From assembly GCA_000708835.1 (NCBI GenBank), contig DF236961.1, positions 310,001 to 374,000 on the forward strand: a stretch of DNA of 64,000 nt, given 5' to 3'. The first letter of the stretch is position 1; every line of letters begins with the position of its first letter. The notes under the pieces were generated by a model that ran no database searches, was not told where the DNA came from, and worked only from the letters and a program-made list of their open reading frames with translations. The position numbers and the translations under genes are program-made. Of the stretch, positions 12,229 through 25,573 are shown in pieces. This stretch comes from Klebsormidium nitens (lineage: Eukaryota; Plantae; Klebsormidiophyceae).

Positions 12229-14082
12229 ATGGACAGCGGTCAAAGATACTATCCCCTCTTCTTGGTCACCATTATTTGCAGCATGGGCGTTTGCAAAGCA
12301 GCAGTGCTGACAAGCAACCAGATTGATAGCAGGGCCTTTTTTGAATGGCATGGACCTGTTCCAGGAACTTGCTCAACCCAATACACTGAGACACCCAGTA
12401 ATGTAACAGTAGATGTGCGCCTCTGCTCCACGCCTGGTAGCTACATTGACTCTTTGCAGCTATACAATGGGACATACAGTTCTTATCAGAGTTTTTGGCA
12501 GCTGTCAGGCACCTGCAGTGACGGAACGACGCTCTCAAAAGCTCCATCAAACATCAATGGGAACCTCAAGAATGCTTTCGAGACAAGGCAAGTCTATCCA
12601 GAAGGGCTTTCCACTGTTTTTGGGGCAACTGGAGGATTTACAGACGCACTGCTTGGCGTTCCTGGGGAGTATATTGGTTGGCGAGACGTGTGCCCTAATG
12701 GCAAGCTTATATCAGGATATGAGATGTGGGTCACCCCCACTGGTGGATTACCAGGTAAAAACTGTGTGGCAGGCGGGGTCCGCTTCCAGTGCAACGGTAC
12801 GCAATCCGGTAAGGATCACTGCTACATGAGTTAGTCACAGGCTGCTAAAGATCTGTGGCATGATTTGCCTGACCAAACTTTAGGGACCTGTATGGGATCA
12901 ACTATCAGAGTTCAATTTCTTATGGTCATGTGCTTCTTGCTTTTGAAGGGGGAGTGCTCCTACAGTCCAAACTTAGGATACAAAAGCAGATGGAGCTGCT
13001 GCTCTGCTTTACAGGTCGCCCGCCCTTACCAAGTCCGCCCCTACCAGGCCCACCTCCTCCAAGCCCACCTCTAGATTCCCCTCGCGCAAGCCCACCTTCA
13101 GTCGCGCTGATCTCTTCAGCAGCCGCCCCAAAGGCAGCTAGTCCCACACCCCCATCTGAAAGTGGGCCTTCTCCAACTGAAACAGGTCAGGCATTTTCTG
13201 AATCTGTCGCGGACTGCAGATACAGCGCCGGGAAGTCAAACAAAATGGTTCAACCTGCAACCATTCTGTTTGACTTCCCGGCGCTGTATCTAGGGTTGAA
13301 CGTTACCAGAAGTGCCCTCGATGGAGCAAGTTTGGGATTCTGGTTTCCTCTTCTTTTTGCATGGCTCTTTAAAGGTGGGTTGCAAAATCATGCTTCATGT
13401 GAATTCAGAATCAGGCTTGAAAATGTACACAGAGACTGAATTGTAGGTCTTAAAGGACGCAAGAAGTCCAAAAAAGACATAAGCACACAGATGTAATATA
13501 CTTGTCTGCTTGTGTTGTGTGGATTGTGTTGCATCAAAAGAGCAACATCAGCAGCATCACAATGCAGGTGGGCTGAGTAAGAGCACGCGGAACGCCGTCA
13601 TTGGAGGTGCTATTGGGGCTGCATTTTCAGCTTGTCTGGTGCTCGGGAGTGGAATTGCTTTTAATATCCGATACCGTGCAAGAAAGAAAGACATCATAAA
13701 CCAGACAGTGTTCATATCCTTGAGTGCGCTCCCTCCCCAAGGCCTTTTAGTCCCTACCAAACTCCGGGAAGAAGCAGCAAAGAGGTATCTCGAAACCATA
13801 TTGTTTGAGGTGTTCAAGGCATGGGATGCTTGGCATCGCTTATCTCCCAGAACGTCGTTTCCGCAAGGTTCTTTCGTGGGGATATGGGCATCAGCTTTCC
13901 ATGAAAGCGAAGCCGAAAGCCTAAAGGACGCCCTTCTTACTGTAGACCAGGAGTTGCAAGCAACTCGTGGCACTGGTCTCTTTGAAATCTGGAGCATGGG
14001 CCGCCGCCGGCCTTTGTCGGTAGTTGAAAGTATTGTTGAGCACATTGAGAAAACCTTGAAAGGATTGCCACCCAGGCGTTGA
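12229..14082 (+). CDS. orphan type I membrane protein: signal peptide, Cys-containing ectodomain, Pro-rich linker, TM helix, ~130 aa cytoplasmic tail; 3 exons (12229-12796, 13015-13185, 13568-14082)
   Basis: Two phase-1 GT-AG introns join the ORFs in frame. Hydrophobic N-terminus (YYPLFLVTIICSMGVCKA), PPLPSPPLPGPPPPSPP linker, and TM segment AVIGGAIGAAFSACLVLGSGIAFNI followed by RYRARKK. Confidence 0.75.
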
Positions 14083-16469
14083 AGACAAGTTGTTCAGCCC
14101 GTGACAATAGTTTTGATTGCCAATGATTGTAGCAGTTACCCATATGAAGATATTTTGGGGTGGTCATTACAGTCATATACTGGATGTGAATAAGAAACGC
14201 ACTTGATATTACAGAAGGGGAGACCAACTTGGAGTAAAAGCCTCGAAGTAGAGACAATGGAGACCTTAGTATTAGGTCCGTCACATTGGTCACTTACTAA
14301 GAAGTCAGTAAGCGTGTCGCACTAAAGATGAAGTAGTATCTGTCCGGGTATAGATTGGTTGCCAGCTCTCTCATGCTTCTTAGTTGGCCGCAATGATGTA
14401 TCATTGCATATCATCGGTTTCTTTGGTGCCAAAGGGCCATATTCAAGTATAAGTTCGCGCCTGCATGGCGTCAGTCACTGCAGTCAGCTTATTCATGCCG
14501 CAGCGCCCAATAGCTCTAGACGGCCAATCAGCTTTACCTACATGATATACTCGACCCATGATGTCGGCTCATAATCAATTCCGGGCCTAGCCCATGAATG
14601 CATGCGCTCACTGCAGCTCTTGCAGTGCAATCCCTATAGCTCTAATTTGAATTTCATGGCGGCCGAGCATTGTATATTTGTCACATGGTCACGTACAGTC
14701 ACTTCAAAAGATTGATGATATCGGATTTGAATGTTGGATGGAATTGCATCTGGCGGCCGGCTCATGCAAATTCCTCATGACAAATGAGTCCGACGGAGCT
14801 GTAACATGATCCAACTGCATACTACGATGCCATCCAGCAATGATACTGCATAAGCACACATTCAAGCTTAGAACGCATAGTGTTGTACTACTTGCCAAAA
14901 GACCCCAACATGATGGCGCAGCTCAAATTTGATTGGACATGTACTTCACGTACGCGGTCCACATGCATATCCGAAAATTTGTTGGGGGCCGACATGGACA
15001 AGAACGCCCAACAGCCACCCAGGTTGAGACCGCATCTACATGCTTGCTTCGTCCTTGGTCGCACCTGAAACTACAAGCAATTTCTCAATGGATATCGGCG
15101 GGAGGAGACATGACGAATAGATCGTCGATCGTGAGTGGATGATTATCTGGTGCCGGCTCATGCCAGCACATCAGAGTGGACGTGTGGAGTGAGCCAGTCA
15201 TGATTGCAGAGTCTGCTTATGGGGGTTTTCAACACCACTGGCTTTAGCCTGCTACTGTGAGAGGACAAGATGATAACTGGACAAAGATGTCGTCCAAGTT
15301 TTCAAAGAATGAGCTGCACTTGCTTTCGTTTGTCCACCGTGGCACTTAAAATTTCGGTGAGCACCTAAACTTGCATTCCGGATAGATCGTTGGGCAGATC
15401 AATACAAGATGAATCACGTTCTCTACTGACACATAGCACAAGCTACACGAAACTGTAGCAACCCACCATATCAACGATTCTACCTGGTCTACCTGGTCTT
15501 TCTATGGACAGTCCGTCTCTACGCCCGTTCATCTGGCTTTGCTTCTATCATGCCCTATGGACACAGTCAGTCGCTGTCCTGTTCATGCTCACGCAGAACC
15601 AGTGTGTGGCTATCGAGCCACTCAAAGCTATCACCCTTACCCCGCAATGCAAAGGAATCCTTCGCTTCGTTACTGTCTGATCCCAACGATCTGTTGGGAA
15701 ACGCATCGTTGCCTGCAAAAATGGGCGGATACTTTTCCGTTCAGAACGGGAGACATGCATGGGACAGACTTGTCGTGCAGAAAAAGGAGTGGCAAGTTGT
15801 TGCACTCCGCAGGCCGCTCGTCTCTAACTAGGGCTTACATCAAAGAGAATGTTCCCGTCAATGGCTTCTGGAGGACTCCCGAAAACTGGGAGAAGGTCAC
15901 AACGCTTGAAGGATCGCGAGGTTCGTCGGCTACCAGCACTCCTCCACAACCAATTGTCAACGTCGACAGCCTGACCGTCTTCGGCGGAAAACGAAACAGA
16001 AGGAAGAACACAAGGAAGTGGAAAGCCAGAAGGTTCTGCCAGACTCCAGAGAGTCGTAGAGCAGATTCAATGGGAGCACAGACAGGGGGTTCAGTGGCGG
16101 CCGAACACCGGGGGATGGCCAGCATCATCAACAAGTCAAGTGTTGAAGCGGGACAGTCGCTACTGCGTAACGGTTGACAGACTGTCAATCAGCGGACAAA
16201 CCATGTTTTTTCCGACAGCAAGCTCCAGATTCAGAGACCGGGGTGAACCAACGGCATCACACTCGTTTGGGTCAACGTCTCTTAAGGAACCGCCACCTTC
16301 GCTCCACCCCGTAATCAGAAGAATAGAGGTCAGAGTTGCCTGTCTGGTCTGTCTCTGCTTAGGAGCGGTACTGTCAAATACAGGAACGTCCTGTCTGCCT
16401 AACATTCGTACTCATGAATGCAGTACTTACGAGCCAGGCTCCAAGGAACCGGGCCGTTGTTATAACGCT

Positions 16470-18660
16470 CTCAAACAGTGCAGACGACCTCACTTCGGAA
16501 GCCCCAGTACAACAACTTGAAGACACTACAAAAACGACAAGCAAGCCCGACTGATGGGGCGAAAAGCCCGCACCTGCCATGTAGGGCGACCATTCCTGGC
16601 TGTCCTCGTCGCCAAACCACCCGTCCTCTGCTGCGGGCTTCACTCTCCGGACCTTAAACATCACCTTCAGGCGGCCCCGCCCTTCCAGCTTGGACTCGAG
16701 CACTGGGGCCTGGTGGCAAACGATATACCGTATGTGAGAGGCTTCAAACACTATGACATACTTTGGTCTGGTCTGCTGATTGCAACTCCCAGGGTAATGC
16801 AAATAGGTGATCAGGAGTCACCTTATCATGCAGACCGAGTGTGGAAGCTGGCACCTTCCTTGTAATTGGGAACAAAGAAAGGAGAGGCAGCCGTGAGGCA
16901 GGTTATAACCCATGACTGCAAACCTCAGATAGCATCTTGATCGGTCAGGTCGGCCCTCAGGGGCCTCACAGGGTTCAGTGCACTCCCGAAACGGTTCCCT
17001 TTGGCCTCCGCCGTTAAATCTCAGAACAGTCCCCGCCCCCCTCGTATAGACATGGTAACCTTTAAATTGCCTCACCTCTTTTCCTGGTGCTGCGTCCAGT
17101 TCGACGAAGTCCTCCAAAACACGTCCTATCTGCAACGTATAGTGGCACGTCAAACTTGGCTTCGATATCCGTAATCCTTATGCGGGTAAGGTCGAAAAAG
17201 GGAGCCTTCCGCATTATTAGCAGACTAAAAAACTCGCGTTTTGAAGAGCGTAAGTTTCGAAAGTAAGTCCACAGTCTTCGTCATTGAAGCTGGGGACATT
17301 TTATTCCATGCCTATATGCGACAGAAGTCTCCTTTAGCCCTCAGCCACAACAGAGTAGGAATGTGAAGCACATCTTCCTTATCCCTATCAATAGAACTCT
17401 GACTCAGAACCCTTATCCCCCTGACAATAGAGCTGTGACTGAGAGCTCTAGTCACTTTAACCTCAGGAGCCAAGTGAAATCTGGAGGCTGCCCAAGCCTG
17501 CATGTCCTTCAGGATTACTTATTTCATCTTCTATATATTGTCGCACCAGCAGGGGGAAGGTAAATGCGTGCACCGCTTGCCTGCTGCCCTATGGCCGAGA
17601 TCTGCTGCTGTGTGAGCCCAAACTCCTCCTCCCCAAGTGTCTGCATAAGCCTGGTCTTTGCCATTGCCCTTGCAGAGACCTTTTCTTTCTGCACACCAAG
17701 TGAGATGCGTCAACAGGTTATCATGAGAAAACTTCCGACTCTCTGTCGAGTAGCTGCTCAGTGCCGACACACGTGATGACAAAATTCGGAATCCAAATCA
17801 AGGCACTTTAGGCCAGGGCACAGCTGGGTAAATTGGGCCGCTGTGAAAGACTCGCACATAGAGGAAGGCCGGTCAACAAGCTGGTAAGTCACAAAGAAGC
17901 GATGTTTGAAGAGGCACAATGCACGCCTGGTCTAGATTGACCTGGGACCTGGCTTGGAACTACATCTCTAAGATGAGGCTAACATTGATTTACCAGCCAA
18001 GGGTAAGTCTCTGCGATCACCACCACTCTCTTAGTGGGCCACTTTGATAAGAGGAAACCCACCTTCTTTGGGGATGGGAAGAAGATCTTCCAAACAGTTG
18101 CAAGCTTCTGAAAGAGGTTTAGTTCGCCACCTCCACCACCCGGCAACTCGGCTGCAGTCAGAAGCGCACAACGTGGCTGAAGGGGCCTACTGCCGGCCCA
18201 CTCCTTTGGTGGTCTTCTTGAACTCTGCAACCCATCATGAAGAAGCATTTAAAACGTGTTAGATACTGCTTGCTTGTATCACTGGATCCGCTTGTAGGGA
18301 TCTAGTGGAGAATTTCTTGAAGATCGCCCTCAACCTAGACTCAAGAACCGACGAAAAGCAGAGGCAGAAGCAATGAAAATTTGGCAGGTTGGTCGTCCAA
18401 GATCGTCATGCAAAGCAGAAGGAAGGGTGACTGATGATAATCATTGAGAAATGAGACTTGTGCTGTTGCTCCTTGCATGTGAGGGTGCACGCATCATAAG
18501 TGCAAGCACTTTCACAATGGAGCAGATTACCTTATGTAGCCAGCGAACGGTATGATGGTTGAACTTGAAGAATGTTTTACCATACCTGGAGGAACTGTTG
18601 CAGCGGAAAGTGGCCCACTCCTGGCAGCTTGTCAATCGCCCATGGCTTGACTGGTCTCAA
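16470..18660 (-). CDS. MINE: plastid division topological specificity factor MinE-like (divergent); 5' and 3' boundaries uncertain
   Basis: Spliced peptide LFQKLATVWKIFFPSPKK|KEKVSARAMAKTRLMQTLGEEEFGLTQQQISAIGQQ|IGRVLEDFVELDAAPGKE|APVLESKLEGRGRLKVMFKVRRVKPAAED is colinear with plant MinE1 motifs (WKIIFPS, IAKQRLKMIL, ALSDFVEI, VPVRRVKP). One exon is at 17076-17129. Confidence 0.75.
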
Positions 18661-19763
18661 ATCAAGACCCTTTACTTGTGAGTGCACTCCATGCTTTGCA
18701 CTAAGACCAATTACAGAACCTGACATGTTTTACCAAAGTGCTCCCAGCAGGTACCACGTTTACAGAAACATGCGGGCTGGACCTAGGCACTGATGGAAGC
18801 AATTTCTAACGACCCCCCTGTACCAAGACCGCAATGTACCACTTGAGAAGCTACAGAAGAACAAACATGCAGAGCTGAAAGGAGCCTTTCAGAGACCTAA
18901 GTATTGGGCAGCTTTGAGTTGCCCGCCTTAGGGGCATTCCAAGGGGGATGATGTTGAACACGCTCAGTATGATTGTTCCAACACCTAGATCATGACCAGA
19001 CTGCCCACTGGAAGTTCACTTGTACTCGCTCAGTATTAAATCCAGGTTCATCGTGGATTGCCTTGACCCTGCCGTCATGAATTCTGCAGTGCCCGCTCAC
19101 CAAAGGTTGAGGAGGTTCCTGGTCACCTGGCTCCTGAAGAAGAACCATGTCCAAGACCTTTCTGCGCGCCTCCCTTGCCTCGACCTAAGTTATGTGCAAG
19201 TTCCTGCAGTGAATTTGAAATTTGGCGAGGATCGTTTGCTCGCAATCCCGGTTAGATCAGGATGCACTCCCCCCCAGAAGAGTTGAGAGTGTCGGATCAT
19301 GATATCGACATACAGTGGTTTGGAAGATGGGCCGGCCAGTACAGGCGAGGGAGGTGCTCTTAGGGGGGTAGTTAGTTAAACATACTTCCTTCAATAGGTT
19401 TCTGAGTTGACCCTTCAATCCCAAACCCCAAACCTCGAGCGTGCCAAACTCGACCATATTGCACCGGCGGCCGGCCGCGTCGCGAAGTCCTGGCCTGAGT
19501 GCATCATGCATCAAAATTCAAATGTTGCATGCAAGTCCTGAGCAAGTGAAGAAGTGAAGCAGTGCTCGAGTCCATGCTGCATGATGGCATGGTGGTTCAG
19601 TGCCTCAATTTGAGAATCTCTGAAATCTGGGCGCTGGAACTCGGGAGGGAAAACAGCAGCTTCAAATCTAGTTTAGTGAGGACGGTCATTTCTGCCATCA
19701 AGCGCACTCTCTCTATCCGAAGGGCGCTGGCGGCTGCCACCCATTTGAATTGCAAACCTCCGC

Positions 19764-22700
19764 ATGGCTGATCCTCATGCACCCAAAAACATGGAAGAGC
19801 TGGCTGCATCTGCAGCCAAGGTTGGCCCGGACCCGCATACAGATGCAGGTCGGGCTCCTATGCCGAATACCCCTGCCCCGGCTCTCAATGCTGCGCTTGA
19901 GAGTCATGTAGAGGGCAGCAGGTTGTCAGAGACTGAGAAGAAGACCTTAAGTCAGATGCGAGCTGCAGTGATTGAGCAGGGCGCGCTGGAAGAAGACTTT
20001 GACAACCCATCGCTCGTGCGGTTTCTGAAAGCCCGTGATTGGAATGTGAAGAAGGCGTCGAAGCTGTTCATGAATCACTTGGTAAGATCCTTCGTCGCCC
20101 AATCGTGCCTGACATGTAAGCTCTGGTGGTGGGTGACTCTTAGATCAGGGAAAGGCGGTCAGCAGAAGCGAGAGGCACCAAAAGCCTAGGTTTTATGATT
20201 CCATCTTGCCAAGCCCGGTTAAGAATATCTTGTAACACACCCTGACACGAGTAAGTAATTGTAGATTGAAGAGCAAAAACTTGTACATGTTAGTAAGGAG
20301 TTGTTTACTTACTCACCTTCTCTGCCTACTATCGAGCATGGTGAAAAGTGTGAACTTTATTCGGTGGTGGTGGTTTTCCAGACAGTGGCGGGGGGGAAGA
20401 CGCAGTGAACGTCACTTGCACCTGGTCAGGATGTGAAATGGGACGGCAGAGACTGCCGTGGGGGGCAGATTTTGCATGCATGCGTGGAACTTGCCAAGTT
20501 GCATCGATCTGTATTCTGCTCACTAACATCGCCCATTCCAGTAAGATCAAAAGCGCCCTGACTTGGGATCTGGTTGACAAGATCTATGCATAAAAAGCTA
20601 CCCTGAAGTCGCTATGAAGATCCTGGAATGGAAACTGGCTGAGTCAGAGTTCAAAGCTACACAGCCGTGACGCTCAATCATTTGAAGTTGGTTGGCAACC
20701 CTGTGTCGGTGCTTCTGAGTTTCAGCCAGTGTGCCCAGGTTGACTTTGGCCGGCCATCGAACTCGCAGCTTGGATTCCTAAGCACACAAAGCACTGGGCA
20801 GAAACTTAACACCAACTCTTCCTTCACGGTTAAGAATAACTATGTTTTGTCAATTCTTACCTGTCATGTAAGAAACCTGTCAGAAACTTGTGTCAGGAAG
20901 CCCTTTCTGGAAAGACAACCTGTGCTTCGTTCTCTGTGTAAAGGCAAGGCTTTGTGAAGTCCTAGCGTGCCTTGCCTGCACTGCTGTGTGAAGAAGCCCA
21001 TCTGAAAAGCTGGCCGTGTTCGCTTCCAGAATTGGCGCCAGGAGTTTGTTCCTCATGGTTACATCCGAGACGAGGACATTCCAAACGAGCTCGCGGCGGA
21101 AAAGCTATACCTGCAAGGTTTTGACAAGCTAGGGCGGCCACTGTCGTTGACGATGGTACGAAAGCACGATGGTAAGGTGCTCTGCAAAGAAAAAACTCCT
21201 CTGACATCATACAGAAGCACTGAATGGGCAGGCACATGATCCAACTCCTTTGGTTCACCGCTTGTCAAATCAGTAGCTCACAGTTTGTTTGATGTGTGCT
21301 TGATCATCTTTTGGTAGGCAACCCAAAGTACAAATGTGCCAGCGGTGGGGCTGATTGATTCGCCAGATTTGCCAGGTTTGCCGTAGCTCGTTTGATAGAC
21401 TTTCTGAGGCACCTGGTATATAGGAGAGGTGTCTGACATTGAAGCATCTTGATTCGTTGTGGCCAATCAACGATTGATCTAGGCTCCTATCCTGCAGCTG
21501 CCAAAAGGAATCTCGAAGAGTTTCAACGTGAGTCTATCCACCTCTGATTGGCCCAATTGTTCTTTCATCTCCGCACTCGCACGTCTTCTTACGAAACGTG
21601 GTCGTTTCCAAAGCCTGTCTTTGCTTGACCACCTTCCAGAACCAAAGAGTAATGATCGCACGTTTCTTGGTTGTGGTCACATTTTGTCACGCTTCTCTTC
21701 AAGAGCTTGATTGAGCCTGCTGTCTGTGTCGAGGCTCAGATGCTCACTCAGATGCCTTTTGAACGTAAACAACACTGGTTATGTATTGTGCAACGGCAGC
21801 ACTCCTCATCGCCTAACAGGGACTTCCTTCCGGTCATTGACGATCACCATTCTGTCTTCGTTGCTTGCAGGGTTGTTGGTCTACGGATCTGATAAAGCCA
21901 TTGCCAGGTAAGAGAAAGCAGCTCATGTACGGATTCTACTTTGGCTCGTCACTGGGTTCGGGTTATATGCTCTTTCGCATTTGTTCTGGACACGACAATA
22001 ATATTTGGTGAAAGCTTCAAGCTTATGCTCCCGTCTTCAGATTGTCCCGAAACAAGCAATACCTGCTCATGTGAGCTTCTTCCACTTGTCAAAGAGGAAC
22101 TGGCACTCTCGAATATTTTGAAGCGACTCTTCAGGACTCATGATATTCAAATGAAACTTTCGTCTGGCATTTCTGCAGAATGCCCCCTGGAGTTGAGCAG
22201 TTTGTGGGGCTCCTCGACCTGACAGGCATTGGCTACAAGAACATGGACACTGGCGCTCTCCGCTTTCTCTTCGATTTCCTTCAGGTCAGGCGAAAAGGTG
22301 TTTTCTGTCTCAGCCCCGTGAATCACCTTCTTTTCCATCTGAGAAAATCCAACTTTGGGGATTGGAACTGGATCCTGATTTTGAAAATACAGTCGAAACA
22401 ACCCAATTGAGAGAGTCTGCCGTTTCGAGGACGTGCACTAATCGAGCTCCAGAACGTGTGCCGCTGGGACCGACCCTGCAATCGGAATTTCAGCACGCAA
22501 TAGCTTTCATGATGGTGCTGATACTGCTGGACGCGCTGCGCTTGAATCATGACGATGCCCCGTCCTGCTTTGATGATTAAGGAGAGCTGATTATCGTTTG
22601 GTAAAATCGGCGGCTAGGATCCGGGGGTTTGAAAGAGTGTGCCGCTTTAGGGACACGAACAAAGTATTGCTTCTGTTCGTTTCGCGTCCTGTTTTTTACG

Positions 22701-23811
22701 GACTTTTCCTTCCTTGGACTCCATCGTGCTTACCGGCTTTCGACTCTGGTCAGATCACTCCACAGCCCTTGTTCTTAGGTCCTCCAGTGAGTAATGTAGA
22801 TGCGAAAAGCACTGACTACTTTCGTCGTTCGCTCCGACGAAGATGGGAGACTTTCACTGTTATGCCTGCGAGCAGACGTGAGCTGGCTTCAGGAGCGTGT
22901 AAAACGAACGCGGGTCGGCTTGCTCTGCTGGCTTTTGAGCAGTAAGTTGCAAGAAGAGGTCAGTCATTTCTAACTGAGTCCTGGTTGGTATTGTAGGGAT
23001 TCTATCCGGAGCGGCTGGGTTTCCTTATCATGCTGAACGCGCCGTCCGCTTTCGGCATGGTGTGGAAAGTCGTGAGCCCCTTCATCCATCAAAAAACGCG
23101 AGACAAGGTGGGTTACTCGAATCTGCTGAGAATCGTTCTGCGAGAAGGGTCTTCTTTGAGCTGTTGCGACCATGTGCTGCTTCAAAAGATTCTTCTCTGC
23201 GGTTCGTTTCATGCGCTAATCACGTTCAAGGACCGCAATCAGCGTAACTTACAAAGGTCTTTATTGCAATGTTCGTCTTTCATTCAGATCGTTCGTTCTC
23301 TGCGGCTTCGTGTCAAATCCTGTGTGCACGTGGATTCTTGTGCCGTCTGAAGTTAGGTGGTGACGCCTTTTGTTTGCAAGGTTAAGTCTGTGCCTTCAAT
23401 CCTGTCGCCTTGCAGACGGAAGTGGAACACCGAAGTTAAGAAGTAAGGTCCAATTCTACGCTTGAAGTCACCCGCGGTTGGGACAGGCATGTCTAGATCA
23501 AATTTGTTTCCCGGTGCCGATGAAATCATTTGGCACGGCGGTGAACTGTTGGAGGACATCACAAGTCTAAGCTGTCCTAGCATCTCTATCTTTGTTTGCA
23601 GCTCGTTTTCTGCAACCACAAGACCCTGGTCGATAAAGTCGTGCCCAAGTACTTTGAATTAGACCAGGTCCCGGTCGAGTATGGGGGCACTGGTAAGTTG
23701 GTGCGCATACAGGATCAGAAGTTTCCGGGGTGGCCGCCGGAACTCCCAGCGTACGTGAAAAGAGCGCAAGCCAGCGGAAAAGGGCCGGATATTGATTCAC
23801 CATTCGCGTAG
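19764..23811 (+). CDS. SEC14/CRAL-TRIO lipid-binding protein, multi-exon
   Basis: Motifs LVRFLKARDWNVKKASKLF, KLYLQGFDKLGRPL, LDLTGIGYKNMD, YPERLGFLIMLNAPSAFGMVWKVVSPFIHQKTRDK, QVPVEYGGTG. Stop codon at 23811. Confidence 0.93.
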
Positions 23812-25573
23812 AAGCAGTGAATTGGACGCTGTTCTCCGACTGTGTGTACAGTACCGTCGCGTTCGCATTGCAGAAGGACTAGCAGATTCAAATAGCTTCG
23901 GAGTCGCCCAATCGCAACTTGTAAAGAGGTTGTTGCCGTATAAGCACGCAAGCGTTTAGACATAGGATTTGCACGCAAACAAGCACATACGTTGCCAGTA
24001 TCTCTAAGTAAAGCGGACGGTTGAGTACTGGAATCGTCTGACCGACGGTGGCAATTGTACATAAGAGTAGCATCTCTGAGTCGAATCATCAAGTTGCATT
24101 TTTTGTACTTAATGTTAACGAAGCTCAATCGAGCAGCACTGCGCCTTGAGATCATGAGATCGAGCGCGATGAATTGGTTGCAACTTGATGGGTTGTTGCA
24201 ATTCACCGTTTTAGCGCCCGACCGCCTGGCCAATGGAGTCACCTTCACGATTGGATGGCACGCGAGACGGTATTCGTAGCCTGCCGCGTAGTCACTTATA
24301 TATCATGGCAGCATGTTTAGAAGAGCTCGCAAATTGCCCTCAGTTTGCAAGTGAACAATTACTCCGGGGCGCCATGTGTGAAACATAAAATATGCACTGC
24401 AATGATAAGGGCCACCATGGCGCGCGGACATGTACTCGATCTTACATCGAGTCGGATCGCTGGCATGTACCGCGGGTTCGACCGTCAGCGGGCCGGGCGC
24501 ACTGCGGCATGCCCGCCTCGAGCTTGATCGCATGCTGTCACCTCTGAGTATCGCAGGCTCGTTTCTGGGCTTCAGCTCCTGGCCAGCCAAAAACATGCTT
24601 GCAGATGTGACCTTAATCTGCTCTAATTTCAGGTTATGAAATGATTGGATCGGACCTAAGTTCCTTGATGTCACCCGAGTCTTCTCATAGACTCAGATAG
24701 TGTATGACGGACGTCACCTGTACTCAACGATCGTGTGAATAAGCTTTAGTCTGCCACCTGACTGATACGTATCAATTGGAACACCAGCTTAAACGTGGTG
24801 TCAACGCCGCGATTGTCGGAACAATCAAAGAGTCAAAATTGGAACCACTTCAAATCTGTGTGTCAAATAGCTTACTCTCAATCGGTTCTGAAAGGCAAGG
24901 TATTCGAAATTCGACTCGACGGTTACGACTTTTGAGTTTTCCGTCTTCGCTACAGACGGTCTCTTCCAAGATCTTCCTTTGAGATTCTACTTGTAGTGTC
25001 TCTCAGAAAGTCCTAATCTGCGCCTCGGATCTCCAAAAGCTCTGCACTTGACTTGATGTCATCACGCGGTCGACTCTGCAATCATGACCTAATGTCACAA
25101 GTTGCCCCAGCCAATGGTCTCTCGAATCTTTGCCGCCGAAAATTTGAAAAGTTAAACCGCCAAAAGCTTCGCATACAGCTCGATGTCCACATCTACGTCG
25201 GCAGAGCTAACTGAACTGCTTCGCAAGCCTCAAGGCGACAACCGGACCTTTCCTGCAATCTGCAGCTGTTCAGAGCTCCGATTCGATTTCGAAGATTTCG
25301 CTTAGTTCGACATGCGTATGATGTAGTTTCGAATCAACACAATGCATCTTAGAGTGCTGTGCTTTCGCAAAAGCTGAGACCGTGACTCCGATTTCTCAAT
25401 AAAAGCGAAAGGGTACCATCGCAATCCTCATTTCCAAAGCTTCTTCCTCCTGGTAGCCCTTGCTTCTTTTCAAGATCTCGCTGCTTCACCTTCGCTCAAC
25501 AATTCACCCGTTGATTCACAGCGCTCTCGTCTTCAGGACAGGCTCCGTCCGTTACAAGTCCTTTGCTGAAGGC

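Noticed and set aside
15539-16188. 212 aa (+) and 117 aa (-) ORFs
   Set aside because: No recognisable motifs. The minus-strand tail DEPRDPSSVVTF might be the last MinE exon, but the acceptor is poor.
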